A program made the translations under genes and the position numbers. A stretch of DNA of 64,000 bases, taken from an uncultured Elusimicrobia bacterium (GTDB lineage: Bacteria; Elusimicrobiota; Elusimicrobia; FEN-1173). The stretch spans positions 64 through 64,063 of the forward strand of contig CAZAEL010000001.1 in the NCBI GenBank assembly GCA_964484135.1. The letters run 5' to 3'. The notes beneath the pieces were generated by a model, which saw only the letters and a list, made by a program, of their open reading frames with translations, made no database searches and was not told the DNA's origin. Positions 56,358 to 64,000 of the stretch are shown one piece after another; within the stretch, counting starts at the first letter, position 1, and each line of letters begins with the position of its first letter.

Positions 56358-57023
56358 ATCCGTCCCGCAAGGCCGTTACGGGCCATTTTCTTCGATTTCG
56401 ACGGGGTGATCCTGGAGTCCGCGGACATCAAGACCCGGGCGTACCGGGACCTCTTCGCCCCGTACCCGCGCTGGCGCGACCGCCTGGTGGCGTACCACCT
56501 GCGGCACGCGGGCGTATCGCGGTACGAAAAGTTCAAGTATTTTTACCGGCGCTTCCTGCGCCGCCCCCTGACTCCGACGGAACGCCGGCGCTTGGACCGG
56601 GCCTATTCCCGCCTGGTGTGGGACCGGGTCCTGGCCTGCCCCTTCGTGCCGGGGGCCCGGCGTTTCCTGGCCCTGGCCGCTCGGCGATGGCCTCTCTTCA
56701 TTCTGTCCGGCACCCCACAGAAAGAACTGCGCCGGGTGGTACGCCGACGGACGCTGGCGTCCCGGTTCCGGGGCGTGTACGGCTCTCCCCGCCTCAAACC
56801 GCGGCTCCTCAAAACGCTTCTTAAGCGGCACAAACTCTCCCCGCAAGAGACGTTGTACGTGGGAGACGCCCGTTCCGATTGGAAGGCGGCGCGGGCCTGC
56901 GACGTTCCCTTTGTGGGGCGGGTCCCGGCGGGCCGGGTTTCGCCCTTTCCCCGCAACGTGCCTCGCGTGAGGGACCTGTCGGGCCTGGAAAAATTCCTGA
57001 GGCGGGGCGGGTTCCTCCCGTGA
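56358..57023 (+). CDS. HAD-superfamily phosphatase (KdsC/NeuNAc-9-P phosphatase-like), non-canonical start
   Basis: The product has the FDFDGV motif and VGDARSDW. No ATG, GTG or TTG lies between the upstream stop and the motif. Confidence 0.6.
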   Translation: MRPARPLRAIFFDFDGVILESADIKTRAYRDLFAPYPRWRDRLVAYHLRHAGVSRYEKFKYFYRRFLRRPLTPTERRRLDRAYSRLVWDRVLACPFVPGARRFLALAARRWPLFILSGTPQKELRRVVRRRTLASRFRGVYGSPRLKPRLLKTLLKRHKLSPQETLYVGDARSDWKAARACDVPFVGRVPAGRVSPFPRNVPRVRDLSGLEKFLRRGGFLP

Positions 57024-58840
57024 GACGGCTCAACCCCTATCGTTGCCGGGAGGCCCCGTTCTATGTGCGGTGGCTTTTGCGCGAGGGAAAAGGGATCGCG
57101 GGACTGAGCCGCGCCGCCGCCTGGTTTTTCAAGCGGTTTCGGCCCGTCCGTTCTTTACCGCCCTATCTGTCCGAGGGGGAAACGGCCTGGCGGCCGGGCC
57201 GGGCCCGGCATCAGCCGCCGGCGGAGGAATGTTTCGGGGAGGTGCGGCGTCTTTCGGCCGAGGGGCGCCGGCCGTCCGCCGTGGAGATTTCCCTGGCGAC
57301 GCGCTCTCTGCGCATGACGTCCCCTTTTCGGTGGGACGCGGACGGCGCCGACGCGGAGGACGTCTTGGCCCTGCACCGGTTCGGCTGGGTGTTCCCGGCG
57401 TTGCGGCAAAATCCCACCCAAGGCTGCGCCCTGTTCTTTTGGGACCGGGTCTTGGAATGGATCGGGGCCGCGCCCTCCCGTCCGGGGTCCGCGGCCTGGG
57501 AGCCCTATTCCATGTCGGAACGGGCCGTGAACTGGTTGCTGCTGGTTTGCCTCCTCAAAAGATCCGGGGCCGGCGGTCTGCCCGAGGAGCCCCGCGTGCG
57601 CCAGAGCCTGGAGCGGCACGGCCAGGAGCTCCTGGCCCGCCTGGAATATTACGGGGAAAAAGACAGGACCAACAACCACCTCATCAACAACGGCCGCGCC
57701 TTGTACGTGCTGGGCGCGTTTTTCGGCGACGGCCGTTGGCAGGAGGCGGGCCGCCGCATCCTGAAAGAGGAGGCTTCCCGGAGTTTTACGCCCGGGGGGG
57801 TCCTTCGGGAAGGCTCGGTCCACTATCATTTCTTGCTGCTGCGGACCTATTCGGAAATGGAACGGGCGGCCCGGGCCGCGGGCGACGGGCCTTTCGCGGA
57901 ATGGACCGGGGCCTTCGCGGCCCGCCTCCGGGAGGCGGCCCGGTTTTTCCTGGGCGGGCCGGACGCGCCCCTGCCCCTCCTGGGGGACCTGTCGCCGGAC
58001 GCCCCGCCGGAGTGGCTCCGGAGCGCGGCGGGCGGCGCGCCGGACGGGTGGGCCTGGCTCTGGGGCGACGCGGGGAAGAAGGAGGATTTTCCGCAGGCGT
58101 CCCCCGGATTTCAGGACCGCCGGGCGGACGGCTGGGCCCGGTACGACGCCCCCGCGTACCGCGTGTTCTGGCGGCTGCCTCCGGAGGGCCGCGCGCCCGG
58201 CCATTTCCACGCCCACCACGACGCCGGCGCCTTCGAACTCCACGCGGGCGGGCGGCCCGCGCTGGTGGACGGCGGACGCTCCACGTACGAGCCCGACCCC
58301 TTCGGGCTCTACGGCAAGAGCGCCCGCTCCCACAACAGCTGCCTGGTGGACGGATGCGAGCCCTTCGTGTCCGACGGGTTGAACGGCGGCCCCCACCTCC
58401 TGCCGGAGTACGGCCGGGGGGGGATGGAGACGGACTGGGAGCCTTCGGCCCAGGGAGGCCTTTTGACCCTGCGGCACGACGGTTTCTCGCGCCTGCCCGG
58501 CGCGGGAGGGTACCGGCGTTCTTTCCGATTGGAGCGGAATCACATTCTCCTGGAGGACCGGTTCGAAGGCCGGGGCGTCCACCGGGTGGAGACCTTTTTC
58601 CACGCGCCGCCGGGGGAGGATGTGAGGCGGGAGGGCGGCGCCTTCGTGGCGGGGCCCGTTCGGTTGATCCCGGAAGAAACGTCCCTCGGGGGAGAGGTGT
58701 TGAAGGGCGGATGGCTGGGGGCCTATCCCGCGGGCTGGCACGCTTCACGGTACGGCCGGCGCGTCCCCAGCCCCGTCATCCGGTTTTTCCGGCGCGCGGC
58801 CTTCCCCCTGGCCAACCGCTTCCGGATCGAGGTCGTTTGA
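57020..58840 (+). CDS. Heparinase II/III-like family protein
   Basis: The product has EPYSMSERAVNW, NNHLINNGRAL and GSVHYHFLL motifs. A GTG start overlaps the HAD stop. Confidence 0.65.
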   Translation: MRRLNPYRCREAPFYVRWLLREGKGIAGLSRAAAWFFKRFRPVRSLPPYLSEGETAWRPGRARHQPPAEECFGEVRRLSAEGRRPSAVEISLATRSLRMTSPFRWDADGADAEDVLALHRFGWVFPALRQNPTQGCALFFWDRVLEWIGAAPSRPGSAAWEPYSMSERAVNWLLLVCLLKRSGAGGLPEEPRVRQSLERHGQELLARLEYYGEKDRTNNHLINNGRALYVLGAFFGDGRWQEAGRRILKEEASRSFTPGGVLREGSVHYHFLLLRTYSEMERAARAAGDGPFAEWTGAFAARLREAARFFLGGPDAPLPLLGDLSPDAPPEWLRSAAGGAPDGWAWLWGDAGKKEDFPQASPGFQDRRADGWARYDAPAYRVFWRLPPEGRAPGHFHAHHDAGAFELHAGGRPALVDGGRSTYEPDPFGLYGKSARSHNSCLVDGCEPFVSDGLNGGPHLLPEYGRGGMETDWEPSAQGGLLTLRHDGFSRLPGAGGYRRSFRLERNHILLEDRFEGRGVHRVETFFHAPPGEDVRREGGAFVAGPVRLIPEETSLGGEVLKGGWLGAYPAGWHASRYGRRVPSPVIRFFRRAAFPLANRFRIEVV

Positions 58841-58843
58841 CCC

Positions 58844-60718
58844 ATGTGCGGGATTGCGGGCATTTTCCGTCGAGACGAGGGCCGGGTGGAGGACCGGGTG
58901 ACGGCCATGGCCGGGGCCCTCCGGCACCGGGGCCCGGACGACGAAGGGTTCTACTTTGAGCCCGGCCTGGGCCTGGGCATGCGGCGCCTGAGCATCATCG
59001 ACCTGTCCGGCGGCCGCCAGCCGCTCTTCAACGAGGACCGCACCCTGGTCCTGGTCTTCAACGGCGAGGTGTACAATTACAGGGAGCTGCGCGCGGACCT
59101 GGTGGAGCGCGGGCACCGTTTCGCCACCCGGAGCGACGGGGAGGTCATCCTCCACCTGTACGAACAAAAGGGCCTGGACGCGCTCCAGGACCTCAACGGC
59201 ATGTACGCCTTTTGCCTCTGGGACGCCCGGAAAAAGGAGGGCTTCCTGGTGCGGGACCGGCTGGGCGTCAAGCCCCTGTACCACGCCCTTTCCGAGGACG
59301 GCGGGGAGCTGTGCTTCGCCTCCGAGGCCAAGGCCCTGCTCAAGGCCGGCCTGCCCGCGGCGCCGGACGAGACGGCGCTGCTCCGATACCTGGCGTACAT
59401 GTACGTGCCCGGGCCCGCCAGCCCGTTCCGCGGCGTGCGGAAACTCCCGCCCGGGACCTTTCTCCGGTTCGGGCCCGGCGGCGCGGAGGAGCCGCGCTCC
59501 TACTGGCGCCTTCCGTCGGCGGCCGAACCCTGGGACGAGAAGCGGCTCCGGTCCTCCTTCTTCGAGCTGTTGGAGCATTCCGTGGAGCTGCAGTCCCGCA
59601 GCGACGTGCCCGTGGGGGTTTTCTTGAGCGGCGGCGTGGACTCCAGCCTGCTCACGGCCTTGTTTTGCAAACGGAACCGGGGGAAGGTGTCGTCCTTCAA
59701 CGTGCGGTACGAAGGGGCGGACGTGGACGAAGGGCCGTACGCGGAACAGGCGGCCCGGGCCTTCGGGACGGACCACCGGTCTTTGTCCGTGGGGCTGGCC
59801 GAGGTGCGGCGGGAGCTGCCGCGCCTGGTCTGGCACATGGACGAGCCCCAGGCGGACCCGGCGCTGGCGGCCGCGTACGCGGTGTCCGCCCTGGCGGTGA
59901 AGGACGTCAAGGTGATTTTGAACGGCACGGGCGGGGACGAGCTCTTCGGCGGGTACGAGCGGTACAACGAAAACCCCTGGCCCCTGCGGCTGTGGCACGC
60001 CCTGCCCGCGGCCGCGCAGGAACCGCTGGCCCGGGGCCTGGAAGCCTGGGGGCCGGCCGACTTGGCGGAGAAGGTCCGGTTCAATCGGACGGCGGACCAA
60101 ACCTATTTGTGGCGGCTCCTGCAAATGAAACCGTACCATTGGCGCGGATTCGGGATGGAAGGGGATTATGATCCTCTCGCCGATCCGCTGACCCAAGACC
60201 TCTTCGGCGCGGCCCCCCCGGACGCGCCCAACCGATACATGCACGTGGACGCCCGCTTCTATCTGGTGGACGATCTGCTCCTGCTCTTGGACAAGGCCAC
60301 CATGGCGGCCTCCATGGAGGGCCGCGTGCCTTTGTTGGATCACCGTTTGGTGGAGTGGTCCTTTCACATGCCCGGCTCTTGGAAGGTGCGGGGCGGGCGG
60401 GGCAAGGCCCTGGTCAAAGACTGGCTCCAGGGCCTTTTGCCGCGGGACATTTTGGAACGTCCCAAAATGGGGTTCGGCGCGCCGGTCCGACGGTGGATGG
60501 CGCAGGGGCTTTTCCATGACGCCTGCCGCCTGATCTCCGGACGGGCCGAGTCCCGGTCCCGGTTTTTCTGGGGCCTGCGGGGAAGGGCGCTGGAGGAACG
60601 GATGGCCGCGATGAATTTTCAGCAGAACTACGCCCTGCTGGTCCTGGAAATCTGGTTCCGCCTGTTCCAGGACGGCCAGACGCCGGAGGAGATCAGCCGG
60701 TCGTTGCAAAGGCCATGA
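58844..60718 (+). CDS. Asparagine synthetase B-family glutamine amidotransferase (WbpS/PseA-like)
   Basis: The product has an MCGIAG Ntn nucleophile and an SGGVDSS PP-loop. Confidence 0.85.
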   Translation: MCGIAGIFRRDEGRVEDRVTAMAGALRHRGPDDEGFYFEPGLGLGMRRLSIIDLSGGRQPLFNEDRTLVLVFNGEVYNYRELRADLVERGHRFATRSDGEVILHLYEQKGLDALQDLNGMYAFCLWDARKKEGFLVRDRLGVKPLYHALSEDGGELCFASEAKALLKAGLPAAPDETALLRYLAYMYVPGPASPFRGVRKLPPGTFLRFGPGGAEEPRSYWRLPSAAEPWDEKRLRSSFFELLEHSVELQSRSDVPVGVFLSGGVDSSLLTALFCKRNRGKVSSFNVRYEGADVDEGPYAEQAARAFGTDHRSLSVGLAEVRRELPRLVWHMDEPQADPALAAAYAVSALAVKDVKVILNGTGGDELFGGYERYNENPWPLRLWHALPAAAQEPLARGLEAWGPADLAEKVRFNRTADQTYLWRLLQMKPYHWRGFGMEGDYDPLADPLTQDLFGAAPPDAPNRYMHVDARFYLVDDLLLLLDKATMAASMEGRVPLLDHRLVEWSFHMPGSWKVRGGRGKALVKDWLQGLLPRDILERPKMGFGAPVRRWMAQGLFHDACRLISGRAESRSRFFWGLRGRALEERMAAMNFQQNYALLVLEIWFRLFQDGQTPEEISRSLQRP

Positions 60719-61944
60719 AACGGGTCCTGTTCCTCACCTATTATTTTCCGCCCGCGTCCGGGGCCGGGTCCCAGCGGGCGCGGAAGCTGGTCAAGTACCT
60801 GCCGCGGGCCGGGTGGACGCCCGTCGTGGCGGCGGGCCATGATCCCTTCCTGCCGGAGGACCAGAGCCTGCTGGAAGACGTGAAGGACGCGGAGGTCATG
60901 CGCGTGCGGCCGGGCCTTTTGCCGCGGGCCCTGCTGGGGTCCCGCGTCCCGCGCCTGGCCCTGAACCGCCTGCTGGTCCCGGACGTCCAGGCCGCCTGGC
61001 TCGCGTCCCTGCGCCGGGCCACGGACGCGCTCCTGTCTTCCTCCCGGATCGATCTGGTGTTCACCTCCTGCGGCCCCTTCAGCCTGAACGCGGAGGGCGC
61101 GCGGCTCAAGCGACGCCGCCGCGTGCCCTGGGTCACGGATTTCCGGGACGCCTGGACCCTGGGCGCGGCCTTCCGCCCCCTGACGCCGCTCCACGGCTGG
61201 CTGGAACGACGCATGGAAGCCCGGGCCTGCGATGAGTGCGACCACTTCATCGCCAACACCCCGGCCTTTTTGGCGGAGCAGAAAAAAAAGTTTCCTGTGA
61301 TTGCGTCCAAAAGTTCCTGCCTGCCCAACGGGTACGACCCGGCGGACTTTCCCGACGAGGCGCCGTCCGGCCTCCCGCCGGGAGACCGGCCCTGGAAATT
61401 GACGTACGCCGGCTCCTGGTACAGGCGTCTTTATCCCGACGACCTTTTTCGCGTCCTGGCGGATTTCCGGCAAGAGCGCGGCGCGCCTTTGGAGGTCCAT
61501 TACGCGGGGCCCCATTCCCGGCCCTTCGGGGAACGGGTCCGGGCCCTGGGCCTCGGGGACTGTCTGAAGGACCACGGGTCCCTGGGATACAGGGAATCCC
61601 TGCGCCTGATACAGGAATCGGATTTGCTCCTCCTGACCCTGCCGCGGGACGGGCGGGCCGGGTACTGGGTGCCGGCCAAACTCTACGAATACCTGGCCTC
61701 GGGCAAGCCGGTGCTGGCCCTGTGCCCGCCGGGGGACGTGCCTTCCCTGGTACAGGGGCAGGGCCGAGTGGTGACGGCTTCGGGCGCGGAGGCGCTGTCC
61801 CGGGGGCGGCAGGCCCTGTCGGAATTGTGGGACGCCTGGCGCGGCGGCCGGACGGTGGAGCGGTCCCCGGCGCTGGCCGGTCATGAGTACCCGGCCCTGG
61901 CCGCCCGCCTCGCCGGGATCTTCGACCGGGTGGTTCGAGGATGA
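60715..61944 (+). CDS. Glycosyltransferase family 4-like (GT-B)
   Basis: The product has an EX7E-like region (VPAKLYEYLASGKPVLAL). Confidence 0.7.
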   Translation: MKRVLFLTYYFPPASGAGSQRARKLVKYLPRAGWTPVVAAGHDPFLPEDQSLLEDVKDAEVMRVRPGLLPRALLGSRVPRLALNRLLVPDVQAAWLASLRRATDALLSSSRIDLVFTSCGPFSLNAEGARLKRRRRVPWVTDFRDAWTLGAAFRPLTPLHGWLERRMEARACDECDHFIANTPAFLAEQKKKFPVIASKSSCLPNGYDPADFPDEAPSGLPPGDRPWKLTYAGSWYRRLYPDDLFRVLADFRQERGAPLEVHYAGPHSRPFGERVRALGLGDCLKDHGSLGYRESLRLIQESDLLLLTLPRDGRAGYWVPAKLYEYLASGKPVLALCPPGDVPSLVQGQGRVVTASGAEALSRGRQALSELWDAWRGGRTVERSPALAGHEYPALAARLAGIFDRVVRG

Positions 61945-63083
61945 GCGCCCCTCTCCGCGTCACGCACGTGATCACGGGCCTGGACGTGGGCGGCGCGGAA
62001 ATGATGCTGTACAAGCTCCTGTCCCGTTTGGACCGGGGCCGCTTCGCCTGCGACGTCCTGTCCCTCAAAGGTGGGGGCGCGCTTCAAAAAAGAATAGAAT
62101 CTCTGGGCGTTCCGGTCCGGTCCCTGGACATGCGGCGCTCGCCGGGGGACGCGCTCCGCTGGCTCCGGCTGTGGGGCCGGCTTTTCCTGGCGCGGCCCCG
62201 GCTGGTCCAAACCTGGATGTACCACGGGGATTTTTTCGGCGGGCTGGCGGCCCGCCTGGGCGGGGCGCCCGTGGTGTGGGGCCTGCACCAGAGCAACCTG
62301 GACCCGGCCCTGAACCGGCGCAGCACCCTCTGGATCGCCAGGGCCTGCGCCCGTTTGTCATCGGCGGTGCCCGCGCGTATCGTGTGTTGTTCGGAAGCCA
62401 CCCGCAAGGTCCACGCGGCCTGGGGATACGACGAATCCCGCATGGAGGTCATCCCCATGGGGTTCGACCTGGACGCGTTCAAACCCGACCCGGCGGCCCG
62501 GGCCGAGGTGCGCGCGGCGCTGGGCCTGTCGGACCGGGATTTCGTCATCGGCCTGGCGGCCCGGTTCGATCCCCAAAAGGACCACGGCACCTTTTTCCGG
62601 GCCGCGGCGCGCCTGCACCGCCGCTGGTCCACAACGCATTTTTTGCTTTGCGGACAGGGCGTGACCGCGGACAACCCCGCCCTGGCCCGCATGGCGGAGG
62701 AGGCCGGCCTGGGCCCCCACGTCCATCTCCTCGGCCCGCGCGAGGACATGCCCCGGGTGCTGGCGTCCCTGGATTTTTTGGCCTCCTCTTCCCGCGGGGA
62801 GGGGTTCCCCAACGCCGTCGGGGAGGCCATGGCCTGCGCCGTGCCCTGCGTGGTCACGGACGTCGGAGATTCCGCCGCCCTGGTGGGCGACACCGGCCTG
62901 GTGGTCCCGCCCGGGGATCCCCTGGCCCTGGCCGCGGCCTGGGAGAAGATTCTGTCCCTGGGGGAGGAGGCGCGGCGGAAGCTGGGCGAGGCGGCCCGCC
63001 GCCGCGTGGCGGAGCGGTACGGTCTCGACCAGGTGGCGGAGCGGTACGCGGCGCTCTATGAGCGCGCGGCCGCGCGACGATGA
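61941..63083 (+). CDS. Glycosyltransferase family 4 (GT-B)
   Basis: The product has HVITGLDVGGAE and GEGFPNAVGEAMACAVPCVVTDVGD motifs. Confidence 0.8.
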   Translation: MSAPLRVTHVITGLDVGGAEMMLYKLLSRLDRGRFACDVLSLKGGGALQKRIESLGVPVRSLDMRRSPGDALRWLRLWGRLFLARPRLVQTWMYHGDFFGGLAARLGGAPVVWGLHQSNLDPALNRRSTLWIARACARLSSAVPARIVCCSEATRKVHAAWGYDESRMEVIPMGFDLDAFKPDPAARAEVRAALGLSDRDFVIGLAARFDPQKDHGTFFRAAARLHRRWSTTHFLLCGQGVTADNPALARMAEEAGLGPHVHLLGPREDMPRVLASLDFLASSSRGEGFPNAVGEAMACAVPCVVTDVGDSAALVGDTGLVVPPGDPLALAAAWEKILSLGEEARRKLGEAARRRVAERYGLDQVAERYAALYERAAARR

Positions 63084-63102
63084 AAGGGATTTCCTGAAAA
63101 AC

Positions 63103-64000
63103 ATGTCCACCCTCATCCCGGTTTCCGATCCCGAGGCCTGGGACGCCTTTGTGGCGTCCTCGGAAAAGCCCCACATCATGCAGTCCTGGGGCTGGGGGGA
63201 GCTCAAGTCCCGCACGGGCTGGCGGCCCCACCGCCTGGCCCTGGAACGGGAGGGAAAGTGGCGCGCCGGCGTTTCCGTCCTGGAGCGGGCCTTCCCCCGG
63301 ACCGGACGGTGTTTTTTTTACGCGGCTCGGGGGCCGGTACCGGGTTCGGGCTGGACGCCCGCGGACCTGGCGGCGCTGTGGCAAGGCGTGGAGAACCTGG
63401 CCTCCCGGCGAAAGGCCGTGTTCCTGAAGGTGGACCCGGACGTGCCCGCGGACGCGGATTGGATCACCCCGCCTTTGCGGGAGGCGGGGTTTGGCCCGGC
63501 GCCGGCGTCCGGCGGCTTCGCCGGGGTCCAGCCCCGGTGCGTGTTCCGGCTGGACATCGCGCTGCCGGAGGAGGCCCTGCTCAAGGGCATGGAGCAGAAG
63601 ACCCGGTACAACATCCGGCTGGCGGAAAAACGCGGCGTGCGCGTGCGGACGGCCGCGGGACGGAAAGACCTGGAAACGTTTCACCGTATCCTGACGGAAA
63701 CGGGGCAACGGGACGGTTTCCTGGTGCGGCCCCTGCGTTATTTCCTGGACATCGAGGAGCTTCTGTCGGGCCGGGGCCAGGCCCAGTATTTTTTGGCGGA
63801 GGTGGAGGGCAAGGCCCTGGCCGGGGCCCTGGCCCTGAAGCTGGGGCCCGTGGCCTGGTACGCGTACGGCGCCTCCTCCGGCGCGGACCGCCAGTACATG
63901 CCGAACCACCTGGTGCAATGGACCCTGATCCGCTGGGCCAAGTCCCACGGATGCCGGCTCTACGATTTCCGGGCCGTGCCCTGCGACCCGTCGCCGGACA
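63103..64000 (+). CDS. FemAB-family (GNAT-fold, aminoacyl-tRNA-dependent) transferase-like protein, 3' end truncated by the window edge
   Basis: The product has PHIMQSWGWGELK and KTRYNIRLAEKRGV motifs. Confidence 0.6.
   Translation, partial: MSTLIPVSDPEAWDAFVASSEKPHIMQSWGWGELKSRTGWRPHRLALEREGKWRAGVSVLERAFPRTGRCFFYAARGPVPGSGWTPADLAALWQGVENLASRRKAVFLKVDPDVPADADWITPPLREAGFGPAPASGGFAGVQPRCVFRLDIALPEEALLKGMEQKTRYNIRLAEKRGVRVRTAAGRKDLETFHRILTETGQRDGFLVRPLRYFLDIEELLSGRGQAQYFLAEVEGKALAGALALKLGPVAWYAYGASSGADRQYMPNHLVQWTLIRWAKSHGCRLYDFRAVPCDPSPD

Noticed and set aside
53489-60709. Minus-strand ORFs 53489..55321, 57155..58741 and 58745..60709, and + strand alternative-frame ORFs 57043..58959 and 59212..60171.
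   Set aside because: They are antisense to, or out of frame with, the cytidylyltransferase-dehydrogenase fusion, the heparinase-like gene and asnB. Their translations are Arg/Gly/Pro-rich.

Overview
GC-rich bacterial chromosomal window in which every recognisable gene lies on the + strand. The many long minus-strand ORFs are read as GC-driven shadow ORFs that overlap identifiable + strand genes.

Positions 17-16074 hold a complete S10-spc-alpha ribosomal protein superoperon: rpsJ, rplCDWB, rpsS, rplV, rpsC, rplP, rpmC, rpsQ, rplNXE, Zn-type rpsN, rpsH, rplFR, rpsE, rplO, secY, adk, map, infA, rpmJ, rpsMKD, rpoA and rplQ. No rpmD (L30) lies between rpsE and rplO. Several ribosomal proteins carry unusual tails: an Ala/Lys tail on L3, an acidic tail on S3 and a Cys4 ribbon on L24.

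The ribosomal genes are followed directly by the cell-shape module mreBCD-mrdA-rodA-rng (16202-23305), then by a strong terminator and acs (23430-25379). Next comes an intergenic region holding a terminator, a sigma70-like promoter and a GAACGT-N5-ACGTTC palindrome, followed by a GbsR/MarR-type regulator (25498-25971).

From 25982 to the window end runs a roughly 38 kb, tightly packed and translationally coupled surface-glycan cluster. Its gene content points to a heavily decorated nonulosonic or ulosonic acid sugar.
- Sugar-forming enzymes: a DegT aminotransferase, three SDR epimerases/dehydratases, a KpsF-like SIS+CBS isomerase, a NeuB-family synthase, two acylneuraminate-type cytidylyltransferases (one fused to a D-2-hydroxyacid dehydrogenase), a HAD phosphatase and an AsnB-type amidotransferase.
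- Modification and assembly: six SAM methyltransferases (three with N-terminal zinc ribbons), GT2, GT4 and GT8 glycosyltransferases, a MsbA/PglK-like ABC exporter, a heparinase II/III-like protein and a FemAB-like gene cut at the window end.

The most unusual part is an embedded cassette at 33860-41055: a tiny coupled ORF, a DmpG-like 4-hydroxy-2-oxo-acid aldolase, an AMP-dependent ligase, a VOC protein, a cyclase-family hydrolase, an acyl carrier protein, a methyltransferase, an AAC(3)-fold N-acyltransferase and an M28-peptidase-like protein. It looks like an ACP-dependent route that builds an unusual hydroxy-acyl group and transfers it onto an amino sugar.

No CRISPR arrays, tRNA/rRNA genes, transposases or integrases were seen.
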